Positions 28,375 to 38,169 of a stretch of 64,000 bases of DNA are shown here, in pieces. The number at the start of each line of letters is the position of its first letter. Position 1 is the first letter of the stretch. Below the pieces are notes generated by a model. That model saw only the letters and a list, made by a program, of their open reading frames with translations, did no database searches and was not told the origin of the DNA. Source of the stretch: an uncultured Gemmatimonadales bacterium (GTDB taxonomy: Bacteria > Gemmatimonadota > Gemmatimonadetes > Gemmatimonadales > Gemmatimonadaceae); NCBI GenBank assembly GCA_963701965.1, contig OY969695.1, forward strand, positions 1,920,001 to 1,984,000, in the 5' to 3' direction. The translations under genes were made by a program, and so were the position numbers.

Positions 28375-30039
28375 CTATTTGTCGGCGTGCTGCGGCTTCG
28401 GCTTGGGCGGCGGGCGCCGATGGGCATGCTGCGGATGCTGGGCGTGTTGCTCGCCCTCGGGGTGCGGCTCGGCCTGCGGAGTGGCACGCGTCCCCGCGGC
28501 CACCTGGTGCACGGGCGGGGCATGCGCCGGCTGGGTCAGGTTCTGCCGGACCTCGTTTTCCTGAGCCGGCGCCAGCGGCCGCCCGCCGTTGGCCGCCAAC
28601 GCCCGCTGGCGATCGTCGAACGGAAGAGCGGCCGGGGGCGGGGCGGTCCGCGCCACCACCTGGCGATTTTGCACCTCTGCCGGCGGTGCCTTCACCATGG
28701 GGCGGGGCGATGGCACACCCGGCGGCGCCACACTGGCGCGTCCCGTGACGGCCGTCCGCTGGGGAACGAGCCCATCCGGAGGCGCTGTGCCCCGCCCTGG
28801 CGCTTGCGCGAACTGCTGAGCCGTGACCGGAATCCCGGCGCGCGTCACCGAGCGACCGCTCACCATCGCGTTGGCCGGCATCGCGGCCACGGCGCCCGGG
28901 GCGCCGGCGTTGCGATAGTTCACGACCGTGGTGTTCTCGATGATGGTCGTGTTGTTCACGACGTTCACCTGATGGACGTACGTGTTACTCACGACGTACG
29001 GCGGGTGGTAGATCTCGCCGGGGGCGAGAGGCACCCAACCGACGGCGCCGCCGCCACCGGACGATACGCCGACGCTCCACCCGCCCCCGCCGACAAAAGC
29101 CACCAAGGCCGGGGCGTAGACCGGCCGCTGCACGACGACGACTTCACGGCCCGGCACGGGTACCGGCCCGGGGCACCACACCCACTCCGAGCTGACGTAG
29201 GCCCAACGGCCATAGTGGTACGGCGCGTACCCCCACGGGGCATCGTCGACCCACGTCCATCCCCACGGATCGACCCACACCCAGCGCCCCGTGTGATACG
29301 GGGCCCAGCCGGGCCCGACATGATCGGGCACCCACACGTTCCCGTAGCCGTCGACATACGTCCAGTGTCCGTACTCATCGAGATCCTCGTACCCCGGCAT
29401 CTCGCGCGACACGTAGCGCACCGACACCGCTCCGTCCTCGCGGTGGTCGCGCGCCAACGACCATTGGTCAAAGGCATCCGGGGCGCCGGCGTCGGCGAGA
29501 TTGTAGGTCGGCGCGTCGGCGCCTTTGATCGTCGCCACCTGGCGGGCGTTCACTTCAAAGGTGGAGCCGGCCGCGGTCACCTGCGCGCCGCCCGTCCAAT
29601 CGGTCACCGTTGATTGGGTCCCATCATCGTTCACATCGACCCGGTACTCGCCGGCTTGCCCGAACGTGATCGCGCTGTTCGGGGTGTCGATCTCGTAGAC
29701 CTGGCCATCGTCGACCGACCGAACGCGGATGATCACGGTCCCCTGCGCCAACCGTCCCTGCAGGGTTTGGTCGTCGACCGCCACCAGGTCGAACTCGGTT
29801 TGCTGCGCCAGACGGATCGCCGTCGACCCGACGTGCACCTCGGCGCGCGACGCCGTGTCGGTCCACAGACGATCTCCGGTCGTGAGCGTCCGATTTGGCT
29901 GGGCGATTGCCCATTCGTCGACGCTCGCGGGCCGGAACGAAACGGTCCCCTCGATCAGATTCAGTCGGCCGACCCGCGCCGGCGGATCAGCCATCAAGCT
30001 CGGCGCAGCCAGCAACACCGCGAGAAAATGACACCTCAT
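28375..30039 (-). CDS. Exported DUF6600/FecR-like protein with Trp/Pro-rich repeats
   Basis: Signal peptide, then DPPARVGRL...GDRLWTD...RAEV; DLDEYGHW...WAPYHTGRWVW...PWGYAPYHYGRW...VGWVPLAPGE. Confidence 0.82.
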   Translation of the reverse strand: MRCHFLAVLLAAPSLMADPPARVGRLNLIEGTVSFRPASVDEWAIAQPNRTLTTGDRLWTDTASRAEVHVGSTAIRLAQQTEFDLVAVDDQTLQGRLAQGTVIIRVRSVDDGQVYEIDTPNSAITFGQAGEYRVDVNDDGTQSTVTDWTGGAQVTAAGSTFEVNARQVATIKGADAPTYNLADAGAPDAFDQWSLARDHREDGAVSVRYVSREMPGYEDLDEYGHWTYVDGYGNVWVPDHVGPGWAPYHTGRWVWVDPWGWTWVDDAPWGYAPYHYGRWAYVSSEWVWCPGPVPVPGREVVVVQRPVYAPALVAFVGGGGWSVGVSSGGGGAVGWVPLAPGEIYHPPYVVSNTYVHQVNVVNNTTIIENTTVVNYRNAGAPGAVAAMPANAMVSGRSVTRAGIPVTAQQFAQAPGRGTAPPDGLVPQRTAVTGRASVAPPGVPSPRPMVKAPPAEVQNRQVVARTAPPPAALPFDDRQRALAANGGRPLAPAQENEVRQNLTQPAHAPPVHQVAAGTRATPQAEPHPEGEQHAQHPQHAHRRPPPKPKPQHADK

Positions 30040-30070
30040 CAGTCCCGCCTCCTGGTTGCCAGAGCCCTTA

Positions 30071-30086
30071 AGCAAGCCACGGTCCG
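30071..30086 (-). promoter_or_regulatory. Possible sigma54-type promoter
   Basis: Minus strand CGGACCG-TGGC-TTGCT (GG-N10-GC), ~30 bp upstream of the start. Confidence 0.45.
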
Positions 30087-30134
30087 CTCGAGGTTTCTTG
30101 TAGACAAGTTCATGCTCGCCAATAGCTTACAACG

Positions 30135-32030
30135 ATGAGATCGACTTCGCCGGCCGCGCCGTTGTCTACTGCAGTGGACACCGTCCGCCCTCAGCGAGGA
30201 ATGGCCTCGCTTGGGCTCATCGCGGTCGGGGTCGTCTTCGGCGACATCGGCACGAGTCCGATTTACGCGTTTCGCGCGGCTTTCGCTCCGGAATACGCGC
30301 TGAGCCCGACACCGGCAACGGTCCTGGGACTCATCTCGCTCATCGTCTGGGCGCTGACGCTGACGGTCAGCATCAAGTACGTGGCGTTCATCATGCGGGC
30401 CGACAACCGCGGCGAGGGGGGCATCCTGGCGTTGCTGGCGCTGGTGCCGCGGCGTAGTTGGCGCCTCATCTCCCTTGGCCTCTTTGGCGCCGCGCTGCTC
30501 TACGGGGATGGCATCATCACGCCGGCGATCTCGGTGTTGAGCGCCGTGGAGGGACTGGGCGTCGCGTCGCCGGAGCTGGCCCATCTGAGTGTCCCGATCA
30601 GCGTGATCATTCTCTTCGCGCTGTTCGCGGTCCAACGGTACGGAACGCACCGGGTCGGCCGGATCTTCGGTCCGGTGATGGTCCTGTGGTTCCTGACGAT
30701 CGCCGTCCTCGGTCTCACCGAGATCGTGCGCGCGCCGCGGATTCTCGCGGCGCTGGATCCGCTCTACGCTTGGCGTTTTCTCCAAGCGCACGGTCTCCGG
30801 GGTCTCACCGTGCTCGGCGCCGTTGTGCTCGCCGTCACCGGCGCCGAGGCGTTGTACGCCGACATGGGGTTCTTCGGCAAACGGCCCATCCGGATGGCGT
30901 GGTTCGGTCTCGTCTTTCCGGCGCTGGTGCTCAACTACGCCGGCCAGGGCGCGCTCGTGCTCCGGTCGCCGGCGAGCATCGAGGGCCCGTTCTATCTGCT
31001 GGCCCCGGCGACCCTGCGATTTCCGCTGGTCTTCCTGGCGACGGCGGCGACGGTGATCGCCTCGCAAGCATTGATCTCCGGGGTCTTCGCCCTGACGAAC
31101 CAGACCGTCCAGCTGGGCTTCAGTCCGCGGTTCGACATCGTCCACACGGCGCCCGAGTCGAAGCACGTTTACGTGCCGGCCATGAACCGGGTCATGATGC
31201 TGGGCTGCCTCTTGCTCGTCATCACCTTCCGCTCCTCCCAGGCGCTGGGTGCGGCCTATGGGATCGCGGTCACAGGCACAATGGTGATCACGACGGTGCT
31301 GTTCGCGGACATCGCGCGACACCGCTGGCGGTGGTCCCGGACACGGGTCTTCGGCGTCGCCGGCGTGTTCCTCGTCGTCGACCTGGCGTTCCTCGGTGCC
31401 AACACGCTCAAGATCGCCCACGGCGGCTGGGTCCCGCTGGCCATCGGCGTCGCGATCTGGACGCTCATGACGACGTGGGCGTGGGGGCGCGGCCGGTTGC
31501 TCGCCCGCCGGACGCGCGCCAAGGTCCCATTGACCGAGTTTCTGGGGACGCTGGCGCGGACACCGATTCCACGGGTGCCCGGCACGGTGGTCTACCTGAC
31601 GTCGCACCCGGATGGCGTGCCCCGGTCGCTCACCCATCTGGTCAGCGTGCTCAATGTCCTGCAGAAACAGGTCGTCCTGGTGTGCGTCGACTTCCAGCAG
31701 CAACCGCACGTGCCGGAGTTCGAGCGGGTCGAGGTCGAACGCTTCGCGGAGGGATTTTTTCGCGTGACGGTCGCCTACGGATTTTTGGAGCAACCGGACT
31801 TGCCCGCGGCGCTGCGCGCCTGCCGGCCGTTCGGCCTCGAGCTCCTGGGCGCGCCGATCACCTACGTGGTGACGGGCGAGCGGCTGGTGCCACCGCACGA
31901 CCGCAACCCGATCGTCCTCTGGCGCAAGCGGCTGTTCGCGGTGCTCGTGCGCAACTCGCGCTCGGCACCCGACTTTTTCAATCTGCCGCTCAACCAGGTG
32001 ATCGAGGTGGGACAGGAGGTGCCGCTGTAA
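30135..32030 (+). CDS. kup: KUP/HAK/KT potassium transporter
   Basis: GVVFGDIGTSPIYA, RADNRGEGGILAL, YGDGIITPAISVLSAVEG, TGAEALYADMG. Confidence 0.95.
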   Translation: MRSTSPAAPLSTAVDTVRPQRGMASLGLIAVGVVFGDIGTSPIYAFRAAFAPEYALSPTPATVLGLISLIVWALTLTVSIKYVAFIMRADNRGEGGILALLALVPRRSWRLISLGLFGAALLYGDGIITPAISVLSAVEGLGVASPELAHLSVPISVIILFALFAVQRYGTHRVGRIFGPVMVLWFLTIAVLGLTEIVRAPRILAALDPLYAWRFLQAHGLRGLTVLGAVVLAVTGAEALYADMGFFGKRPIRMAWFGLVFPALVLNYAGQGALVLRSPASIEGPFYLLAPATLRFPLVFLATAATVIASQALISGVFALTNQTVQLGFSPRFDIVHTAPESKHVYVPAMNRVMMLGCLLLVITFRSSQALGAAYGIAVTGTMVITTVLFADIARHRWRWSRTRVFGVAGVFLVVDLAFLGANTLKIAHGGWVPLAIGVAIWTLMTTWAWGRGRLLARRTRAKVPLTEFLGTLARTPIPRVPGTVVYLTSHPDGVPRSLTHLVSVLNVLQKQVVLVCVDFQQQPHVPEFERVEVERFAEGFFRVTVAYGFLEQPDLPAALRACRPFGLELLGAPITYVVTGERLVPPHDRNPIVLWRKRLFAVLVRNSRSAPDFFNLPLNQVIEVGQEVPL

Positions 32031-32061
32031 TTTCCGCCGCCTTCGGATCGTCTCTCCACAT

Positions 32062-33858
32062 ATGACGTTCCGCCGCTGCGCCGGCTTGGTGCTCTTTTCT
32101 CTCGCCTGCGCCGGCCCGGGCGGCCCCGACCGGTCGACTCCGGTTATTCCGTCGACACCGACACGCCGGGATGCGTTCGCCGGCGGCTCGCCGAGTCGTC
32201 TCGCGGTTCTCTTGACCGATACCACGGCGCCGTGGCTTCCGCTGGCGCATGGGCTGCGGACCATCGGGGTCCCTTTCACGATCACGACAGACTGGCGCGA
32301 GGCGCTGGCGCATCGCGTGGTATTCGTGTACCCGATCATCTCGGGGCGGGTCTTGCCAGGTGACGCGCTCAAGGCGCTCATCGACTTTCCCCGGTCCGGC
32401 GGCACGCTGATCGCCACGAATGTGCTCGGCGGCGGCATGGCGCGGACGTTCGGATTTATCAATGCTACGCCGTCGCGGGCGCGGCGCGCGATCACGTTCT
32501 CGGTCGACGCGGTGCGGCGATTCGGCCTCGACGACCCGCGCGAGGAGACGCTGCGCGCGCCGGTCGGATATGGCTACACGCAAGTGGCGGCGCCGTTAGC
32601 CAGCTACGACGACGGGACGGCGGCGCTCACCGGGCGGCCCATCGGCGCCGGGCATGCATATGCGCTCGGCGTCGATCTCGGGGCGCTCCTGGAATCGGGC
32701 TACGGGGGACGCGACGACACGTTGGCGCGGGCCTACGACAACGAGTTCGAGCCGACGATCGACGTGTGGCTCCGGATCCTGCGCCGGCTGTACGTCGAGG
32801 GCGAGCCGAACGCGGTCACGCTGGGGACGGTGCCCGATGCGCGGCCATTGGCGGTGATGATCACGCACGACGTGGACTACTCGCGGTCGGTCGCGAACGC
32901 GCTGACGTACCTCGACTACGAACGGCGCGCGGGCATTCGGGCGACGTACTTCATTCAGACCAAGTACATCCGCGACTACAACGACGACGTGTTCTTCGAC
33001 GACGTCCAGCGGCCGCGCTTGCGGCAACTCGAAGCGGCCGGCATGGAGCTGGCGAGCCACTCGGTGGCGCATTCGCATCAATTCGACAGCATGCCCGTTG
33101 GCTCGGGCGACGAACGGTACCCGGCGTACCGGCCTTTCGTGCAAAACGCCGTGCTCACGACGGGCGGGACGGTGCTCGGCGAGTTGCGGGTCAGCAAGTA
33201 CTTGCTGGAGTCGTTGGACTCCACCCTCACGGTCACGGCCTTTCGGCCCGGCTATTTGGCCGAGCCGCATGCGCTGCCGGAAGCGCTGGCGGCCACGGGG
33301 TATCGGTTCAGCTCATCGACAACGGCCGACGCGTCGCTCACCCACTTGCCGTTCGCGCTCAATGCGGGGTTCGCGGGGCAGAGCGAGGCCGGAGTGTTTG
33401 AGTTTCCGGTGTCCATCGAGGACGAGGCGCGGCCGCGCATGGACCAACGGGTCCCTCAGGCGCTGGACCTCGCGCGCCGCGTAGCGCGCTACGGCGGCGA
33501 GATCGTGGTCCTCATCCATCCCAACGTCACCGACTACAAGCTCGCGTTCGAGCGCGGGTTCGTCGGCGCGCTCCGGGACTCGGCGTGGTTTGGCACTGTC
33601 TCGGACTTTGGCCGGTGGTGGGCGGCCCGCGACGGTGTCAGGTGTGATGTCACCACACGCGGTCGGGACGTCACGCTCCGCGTGACGTCCCCGTCCCCTA
33701 TCGCGGATGTCCCGTTGCAGATCCCCGCATCGTGGCGCTATGTCGCGGCGGACTCGGGGCTCACCGTCACGACGCCGAGCGCGGGAACGCTCATCGTGCG
33801 AGCGCCGTCGGGCGCCGCCACGATCACGTTTCGGCTAAAACCCGGCGGACACCCGTAA
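32062..33858 (+). CDS. Putative lipoprotein with polysaccharide deacetylase (CE4-like) domain
   Basis: Lipobox-like FSLAC; ITHDVD, RATYF, ELASHSVAH, FRPGYL. Confidence 0.75.
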   Translation: MTFRRCAGLVLFSLACAGPGGPDRSTPVIPSTPTRRDAFAGGSPSRLAVLLTDTTAPWLPLAHGLRTIGVPFTITTDWREALAHRVVFVYPIISGRVLPGDALKALIDFPRSGGTLIATNVLGGGMARTFGFINATPSRARRAITFSVDAVRRFGLDDPREETLRAPVGYGYTQVAAPLASYDDGTAALTGRPIGAGHAYALGVDLGALLESGYGGRDDTLARAYDNEFEPTIDVWLRILRRLYVEGEPNAVTLGTVPDARPLAVMITHDVDYSRSVANALTYLDYERRAGIRATYFIQTKYIRDYNDDVFFDDVQRPRLRQLEAAGMELASHSVAHSHQFDSMPVGSGDERYPAYRPFVQNAVLTTGGTVLGELRVSKYLLESLDSTLTVTAFRPGYLAEPHALPEALAATGYRFSSSTTADASLTHLPFALNAGFAGQSEAGVFEFPVSIEDEARPRMDQRVPQALDLARRVARYGGEIVVLIHPNVTDYKLAFERGFVGALRDSAWFGTVSDFGRWWAARDGVRCDVTTRGRDVTLRVTSPSPIADVPLQIPASWRYVAADSGLTVTTPSAGTLIVRAPSGAATITFRLKPGGHP

Positions 33859-36435
33859 CAGCCACGTGCGTGGCTGCGGCATGCGAAGCAGCGCTTCGTT
33901 GTACGTGATGTCCTGATCCGGATCCCCGCCCGTATAGTTGGTCTTGAGCGCCAGATTCCGCGCCGCCAGCGTGACACGCACGTCGCGATGGACCGGAAGC
34001 GCGGTCGAGACCGACAGCTCGCGCCAGCGGAGCGCGTTGACGTGCTCCCAGGCGGCCGTCGAAAATGGCCCGCTCAGCACTGCCGCTTGGGCGGCTAACG
34101 AGGCGCCGGGAATCACCAGCGCGCGACTCGTCAGGACTTCTCCCTGCAGCTGTCGTGATTCGTCCGGCAATACATACCCGCCGCTGTAGTCCGCCACGGT
34201 GGCAATGGTCAACCGACCACGAAACAGCGCGACCATCGTGGACAGGGCCGCCCGCCGGGTCGGTGTCGACGGGCCTACGAACACCGGGTCGTCCGAGAAT
34301 ACTCCGACCTCGTTTGGGTCAATGACGCCATCGTGATTGGCGTCGGTATACGTGTACGGGGCGGCCCAGACTCCGTTGACCGGGTATCCGATGACGTTGC
34401 TCACCACGGGGTTCCCGCTGGTCGCCGTGAAGGGGAACGTGAGACCCCGGAGGAACCGGGTGTCATCCGTGTTGGCACTCAAGGTCGCGTCCCAGGTGAC
34501 CGCGCGCGTCACGATCGGTCGCACCGTGATCGCGCCCTCGACGCCATAGTCCCGCGTCACCCCGCTCCCTAGAGTATCCCTGCCTTCGGCGCCGCTGGAG
34601 AGAAACACGGTGGGCAGGACGACATTGCTGTTCCGCCGCTGATATGCCGTGACCTCCAACATTACGCGTCCTCCCGGTACCGCGGCGTCTAACCCGATCT
34701 CCGTTTCGCGTTGCCGCTCGGCGCGTGGCTGACCGCACGGGGGTGGTGGTGGGGCACTGACTCCGATGACGGTGGTGATGGGAAACGGACAGTCGAGAAA
34801 AGGCTCTTCGTATTCCTGCGCCAATGGCAACCGGGTGGACTGCCCAAGCGCGCCGCGCACGCGCAGGCGCGGGTCCGCGAGGGTGCCGGCGAGGACGACA
34901 CTGCCTCGCACCGAGGGATTGAGTGACGTCGAGCTCAGATTGGTGCGCGTCCCACTGAGTCGCTCGTGGTCCCACCGGACGCCAGCACTCAGCGCCATCC
35001 GGTCGGCAATCCGGATGCCCTCGTCCGCATACGCGCTGTGGGTCCATTCGTCCGTCGGTGGGACCGACGGATTGTTCATCCCGCAGCTCGGACACAACGT
35101 CACAAAGTTCAACATCGACCGGAAATGCTGGTCGAGATACTGCAGACCCACATCACTGGTGACCCCGACCCAGGGCGCCGGCGCGAGATCCAGCGTCGCG
35201 CCGAGATCGCCGCTGTACTGGGCACTCACCTGCCGATCGCGCGCTTTGGACGACGCGGTGAGCGGCGGCACGACACTCGTGTCACGGCCGGTCTGGTCGA
35301 CGCCGTCGACTCCCAACGCGGCGTGTGTGACGATGGCCTCGATCGGACGCCAATGCGCCGTGGCGCTCGCGGTGATATGTGTGGCGTACTCGGCCGAGTA
35401 CTCGGCAAATAGCGTCGCCGGCCGTCCATCGGGCCCCCAGCCATCGTTGCCGGCCTGGCGAGCTCCGGGACCTGTGGCCGCATCGGTGAACAGGGCATCG
35501 ACATTGGCCGCGCGCTGATGTTGGACGCTGTACCCGATCATGAGGGCCGCATCGGCCCTGCTCCCCACATCCGTGGCGATCGTTCCCCGAATATCCGAGC
35601 GATCGGCCGCGTTCGGCTGGAGCTGCGCCCTTCCTGGCTTGGCTTGGAACGTCGTCTCATATGACACGATGTCCGGTTCGGCCATCGAGAGGTCGCCGAG
35701 CGTGTACCCATAGTGCCCGGAGAGGAATCCGCGCACGGGACCGCGACGGAGCGACACATCGGCGCCCACCCTTTGGATATTCCCCGTGGCCACGGGCGTC
35801 GTGGCGCTCGCCAGCAACGGGTTGAAGCTGGTCACGCTGTCCACCTGACACTGACCCGCGGCGACCTGGAAGAGCACGCACGGGCTCGTGCCATTCGTCC
35901 CGAACGTCCCATAGCTCGGGGCCACCGACAGCGACGTCGTCGTGAGACCGCCCTCGGCGGTCACGTGCCCGGACCACGCGGACGCCGACGTGCCCCGGCG
36001 TGTCGTCACCAGGACGACACCGTTCCCTGCACCGGGTCCGTACAGCGTGGAAGCCGCGGACGCGGGCAGGATCTCGACATGCGCGATCTCGGCGGGGTCA
36101 ATGTCATCGAACCGCCCCGTACCCGGCACGCCCGCGTGCACAGGATTGTCGCCCCCGGGTCGATTGTCGACGCGCACGCCGTCGATGTAGAGGAGCGGTT
36201 GGCTGCTCACGACCGGCTCCGACGCCCCGCGGAGCGAGACCGACGTGCCGGCCCCCGCGCTGCCATCGCGGGACATCACCAACAGTCCCGGCGCCCGATC
36301 CGTGAGCAGGTCCGAGAGGGTGCCGACCGGCGCCGATGGAACGATCGAGTCGGCGGCGATAGGGTGCGTCGTCTGTCCCAGCGCCGGGCCGGCGACGAAA
36401 AGAACAGTGAGGCTTACGGTCCAGGTCGGTCGCAT
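33835..36435 (-). CDS. SusC/RagA-like TonB-dependent receptor (no SusD partner)
   Basis: Plug SQPLLYIDGVRVDN, DIDPAEIAHVEIL...TLYG...NGVVLVTTRRG; ERQRETEIGLD; C-terminal LRVSAGF. Confidence 0.82.
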   Translation of the reverse strand: MRPTWTVSLTVLFVAGPALGQTTHPIAADSIVPSAPVGTLSDLLTDRAPGLLVMSRDGSAGAGTSVSLRGASEPVVSSQPLLYIDGVRVDNRPGGDNPVHAGVPGTGRFDDIDPAEIAHVEILPASAASTLYGPGAGNGVVLVTTRRGTSASAWSGHVTAEGGLTTTSLSVAPSYGTFGTNGTSPCVLFQVAAGQCQVDSVTSFNPLLASATTPVATGNIQRVGADVSLRRGPVRGFLSGHYGYTLGDLSMAEPDIVSYETTFQAKPGRAQLQPNAADRSDIRGTIATDVGSRADAALMIGYSVQHQRAANVDALFTDAATGPGARQAGNDGWGPDGRPATLFAEYSAEYATHITASATAHWRPIEAIVTHAALGVDGVDQTGRDTSVVPPLTASSKARDRQVSAQYSGDLGATLDLAPAPWVGVTSDVGLQYLDQHFRSMLNFVTLCPSCGMNNPSVPPTDEWTHSAYADEGIRIADRMALSAGVRWDHERLSGTRTNLSSTSLNPSVRGSVVLAGTLADPRLRVRGALGQSTRLPLAQEYEEPFLDCPFPITTVIGVSAPPPPPCGQPRAERQRETEIGLDAAVPGGRVMLEVTAYQRRNSNVVLPTVFLSSGAEGRDTLGSGVTRDYGVEGAITVRPIVTRAVTWDATLSANTDDTRFLRGLTFPFTATSGNPVVSNVIGYPVNGVWAAPYTYTDANHDGVIDPNEVGVFSDDPVFVGPSTPTRRAALSTMVALFRGRLTIATVADYSGGYVLPDESRQLQGEVLTSRALVIPGASLAAQAAVLSGPFSTAAWEHVNALRWRELSVSTALPVHRDVRVTLAARNLALKTNYTGGDPDQDITYNEALLRMPQPRTWLLRVSAGF

Positions 36436-36484
36436 GACGCCCACGAGATACGCTCGTGAACGCCTGTCGTCAAGCAACAGTTTG

Positions 36485-37045
36485 CTAGAACGCCTGGTCG
36501 ATCCCCATGCACCAGGCGTGAATCAGCATCAGGTGCACTTCCTGGATGCTGGCCGTCTCCATGCTTGGCACCCGAACGACATGGTCCGCGGTCGCATCGA
36601 TCAAGCCCGCGGCGCCAGTGAGCGCGACCGCGGTGGCACCGGCCCGGCGGGCGGCGTCGAGCCCGCGCTTCACGTTCTCCGACCGGCCGCTCGTCGTGAG
36701 ACCGATCGCGACATCGCCGGGCCGCGCCAGGGCCTCGACCTGACGCTCGAACAACGCGCCGTAGCCGAAATCGTTGGCAATACACGTTACCGAGCCCGGA
36801 TCACCGACCAAAGCGATCGCGGGCAACGGACGCCGCGTCTTGAGAAACCGCCCGATCAACTCACCGGCAAGATGACTGGCCTGCGTGGCGCTGCCACCGT
36901 TGCCGAACGCGATCACTTTATTGCCGTTCCGGAGCGCGGTGATCAACACGCGCATCACGGTCTCGGACACGTCCTCCACTTCGACCATGCTCTGACGCAC
37001 CACCTGTTGATGCGCCGCGAAGTGGTCGACGATTATCCCTGCCAT
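36485..37045 (-). CDS. gmhA: Phosphoheptose isomerase (SIS domain)
   Basis: GNGGSATQASHLAGEL, TCIANDFGY, FERQVEAL, TTSGRSENV, IQEVH. Confidence 0.88.
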   Translation of the reverse strand: MAGIIVDHFAAHQQVVRQSMVEVEDVSETVMRVLITALRNGNKVIAFGNGGSATQASHLAGELIGRFLKTRRPLPAIALVGDPGSVTCIANDFGYGALFERQVEALARPGDVAIGLTTSGRSENVKRGLDAARRAGATAVALTGAAGLIDATADHVVRVPSMETASIQEVHLMLIHAWCMGIDQAF

Positions 37046-37061
37046 GCGCGAAAATGTACGA

Positions 37062-38117
37062 TCAGCGGCCTATCATTGCCATCGTTGCCGCTGCGTATCG
37101 CGTGCCCACCGCCGCCCCCTTCGGCGCGACGTCATCAATGCGCCGCAGATCCTCGGCGCTCAATCGCACCGCGAGCGCGCCGACGTTTTCCTCGAGGTAT
37201 TTCCGACGCTTCGTCCCGGGGATCGGGATGATGTCCCGTCCCTGCGCGAGGAGCCAAGCCAGGGCCAGTTGGGACGGCGCACAGCGCTTCTCGCGCGCGA
37301 TCTCCTGGATGCGGGTCACGAGGTCCAGATTCTTCTGAAAATTCTCACCCTGGAACCGCGGTGACGTGCGACGAAAGTCATCCGGGGCAAAGTCGTCGGG
37401 CGAAGTGATGGCACCGGTCAGGAAGCCGCGACCCAGCGGGCTGTAGGCCACGAACGCGATCCCGAGCTCCCGGCAGGTCGGCAGGATCTCGTCCTCGGGC
37501 TCGCGGCTCCAGAGCGAGTACTCCGTCTGCAATGCCGCTATCGGATGCACGTGGGCGGCGCGCCGGATGGTCGCGGCACCCGCCTCCGATAGCCCGATGG
37601 CGCGCACCTTACCGGCACGGACAAGGTCCGCCATGGCGCCTACGGTCTCCTCGATCGGCGTGCTCGCATCGACCCGATGCTGATAGTAGAGATCGATGTG
37701 GTCCGTGCCGAGACGCCGCAGCGATGCATCGCAGGACGAGCGGACATATTCGGGGCGACCGCTCACGCCCCGGTAGGCCGGATCGTCACTCCGCAGGATC
37801 CCGAACTTGGTCGCGAGGACGACGCCATCGCGGCGGCCCTTGATAGCGCGGCCGACCAGCTCTTCATTGGCGCCGCGGCCGTAGACGTCCGCGGTGTCCA
37901 GAAAGGTGATGCCGAGATCGAGCGCGCGGTGAATGGTCGCGATCGACTCGGTGTCATCGCCCTTGCCCTGCAGCTCGGCGCTAGGCGAGCGCACCCCAAC
38001 CGATGAGTTTGTCCTGCCGTGAAGCGGCAGATAAAACTCGGACATGCCCATCGTCCCGAGTCCCATCGCCGAGACGGCGATTCCGGAACCGCCAAGTATT
38101 CGTTGCTCAATCGGCAT
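37062..38117 (-). CDS. Aldo/keto reductase containing a 21-aa in-frame insertion
   Basis: [64 protein letters not shown]. Confidence 0.93.
   Translation of the reverse strand: MPIEQRILGGSGIAVSAMGLGTMGMSEFYLPLHGRTNSSVGVRSPSAELQGKGDDTESIATIHRALDLGITFLDTADVYGRGANEELVGRAIKGRRDGVVLATKFGILRSDDPAYRGVSGRPEYVRSSCDASLRRLGTDHIDLYYQHRVDASTPIEETVGAMADLVRAGKVRAIGLSEAGAATIRRAAHVHPIAALQTEYSLWSREPEDEILPTCRELGIAFVAYSPLGRGFLTGAITSPDDFAPDDFRRTSPRFQGENFQKNLDLVTRIQEIAREKRCAPSQLALAWLLAQGRDIIPIPGTKRRKYLEENVGALAVRLSAEDLRRIDDVAPKGAAVGTRYAAATMAMIGR
37968..38030. repeat. 63-nt palindromic (REP/RPE-like) element inserted in frame in the AKR gene
   Basis: Hairpins CTGCCG-tgaag-CGGCAG (38014-38030) and GCTCG-N8-CGAGC (37973-37990); separates EFY from GKGDD, which are normally adjacent. 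Confidence 0.55.
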
Positions 38118-38169
38118 CGTGATCCTGGTAACTTGAAGTATTGGGTGACCTGGCAACCTTACGTATCAT

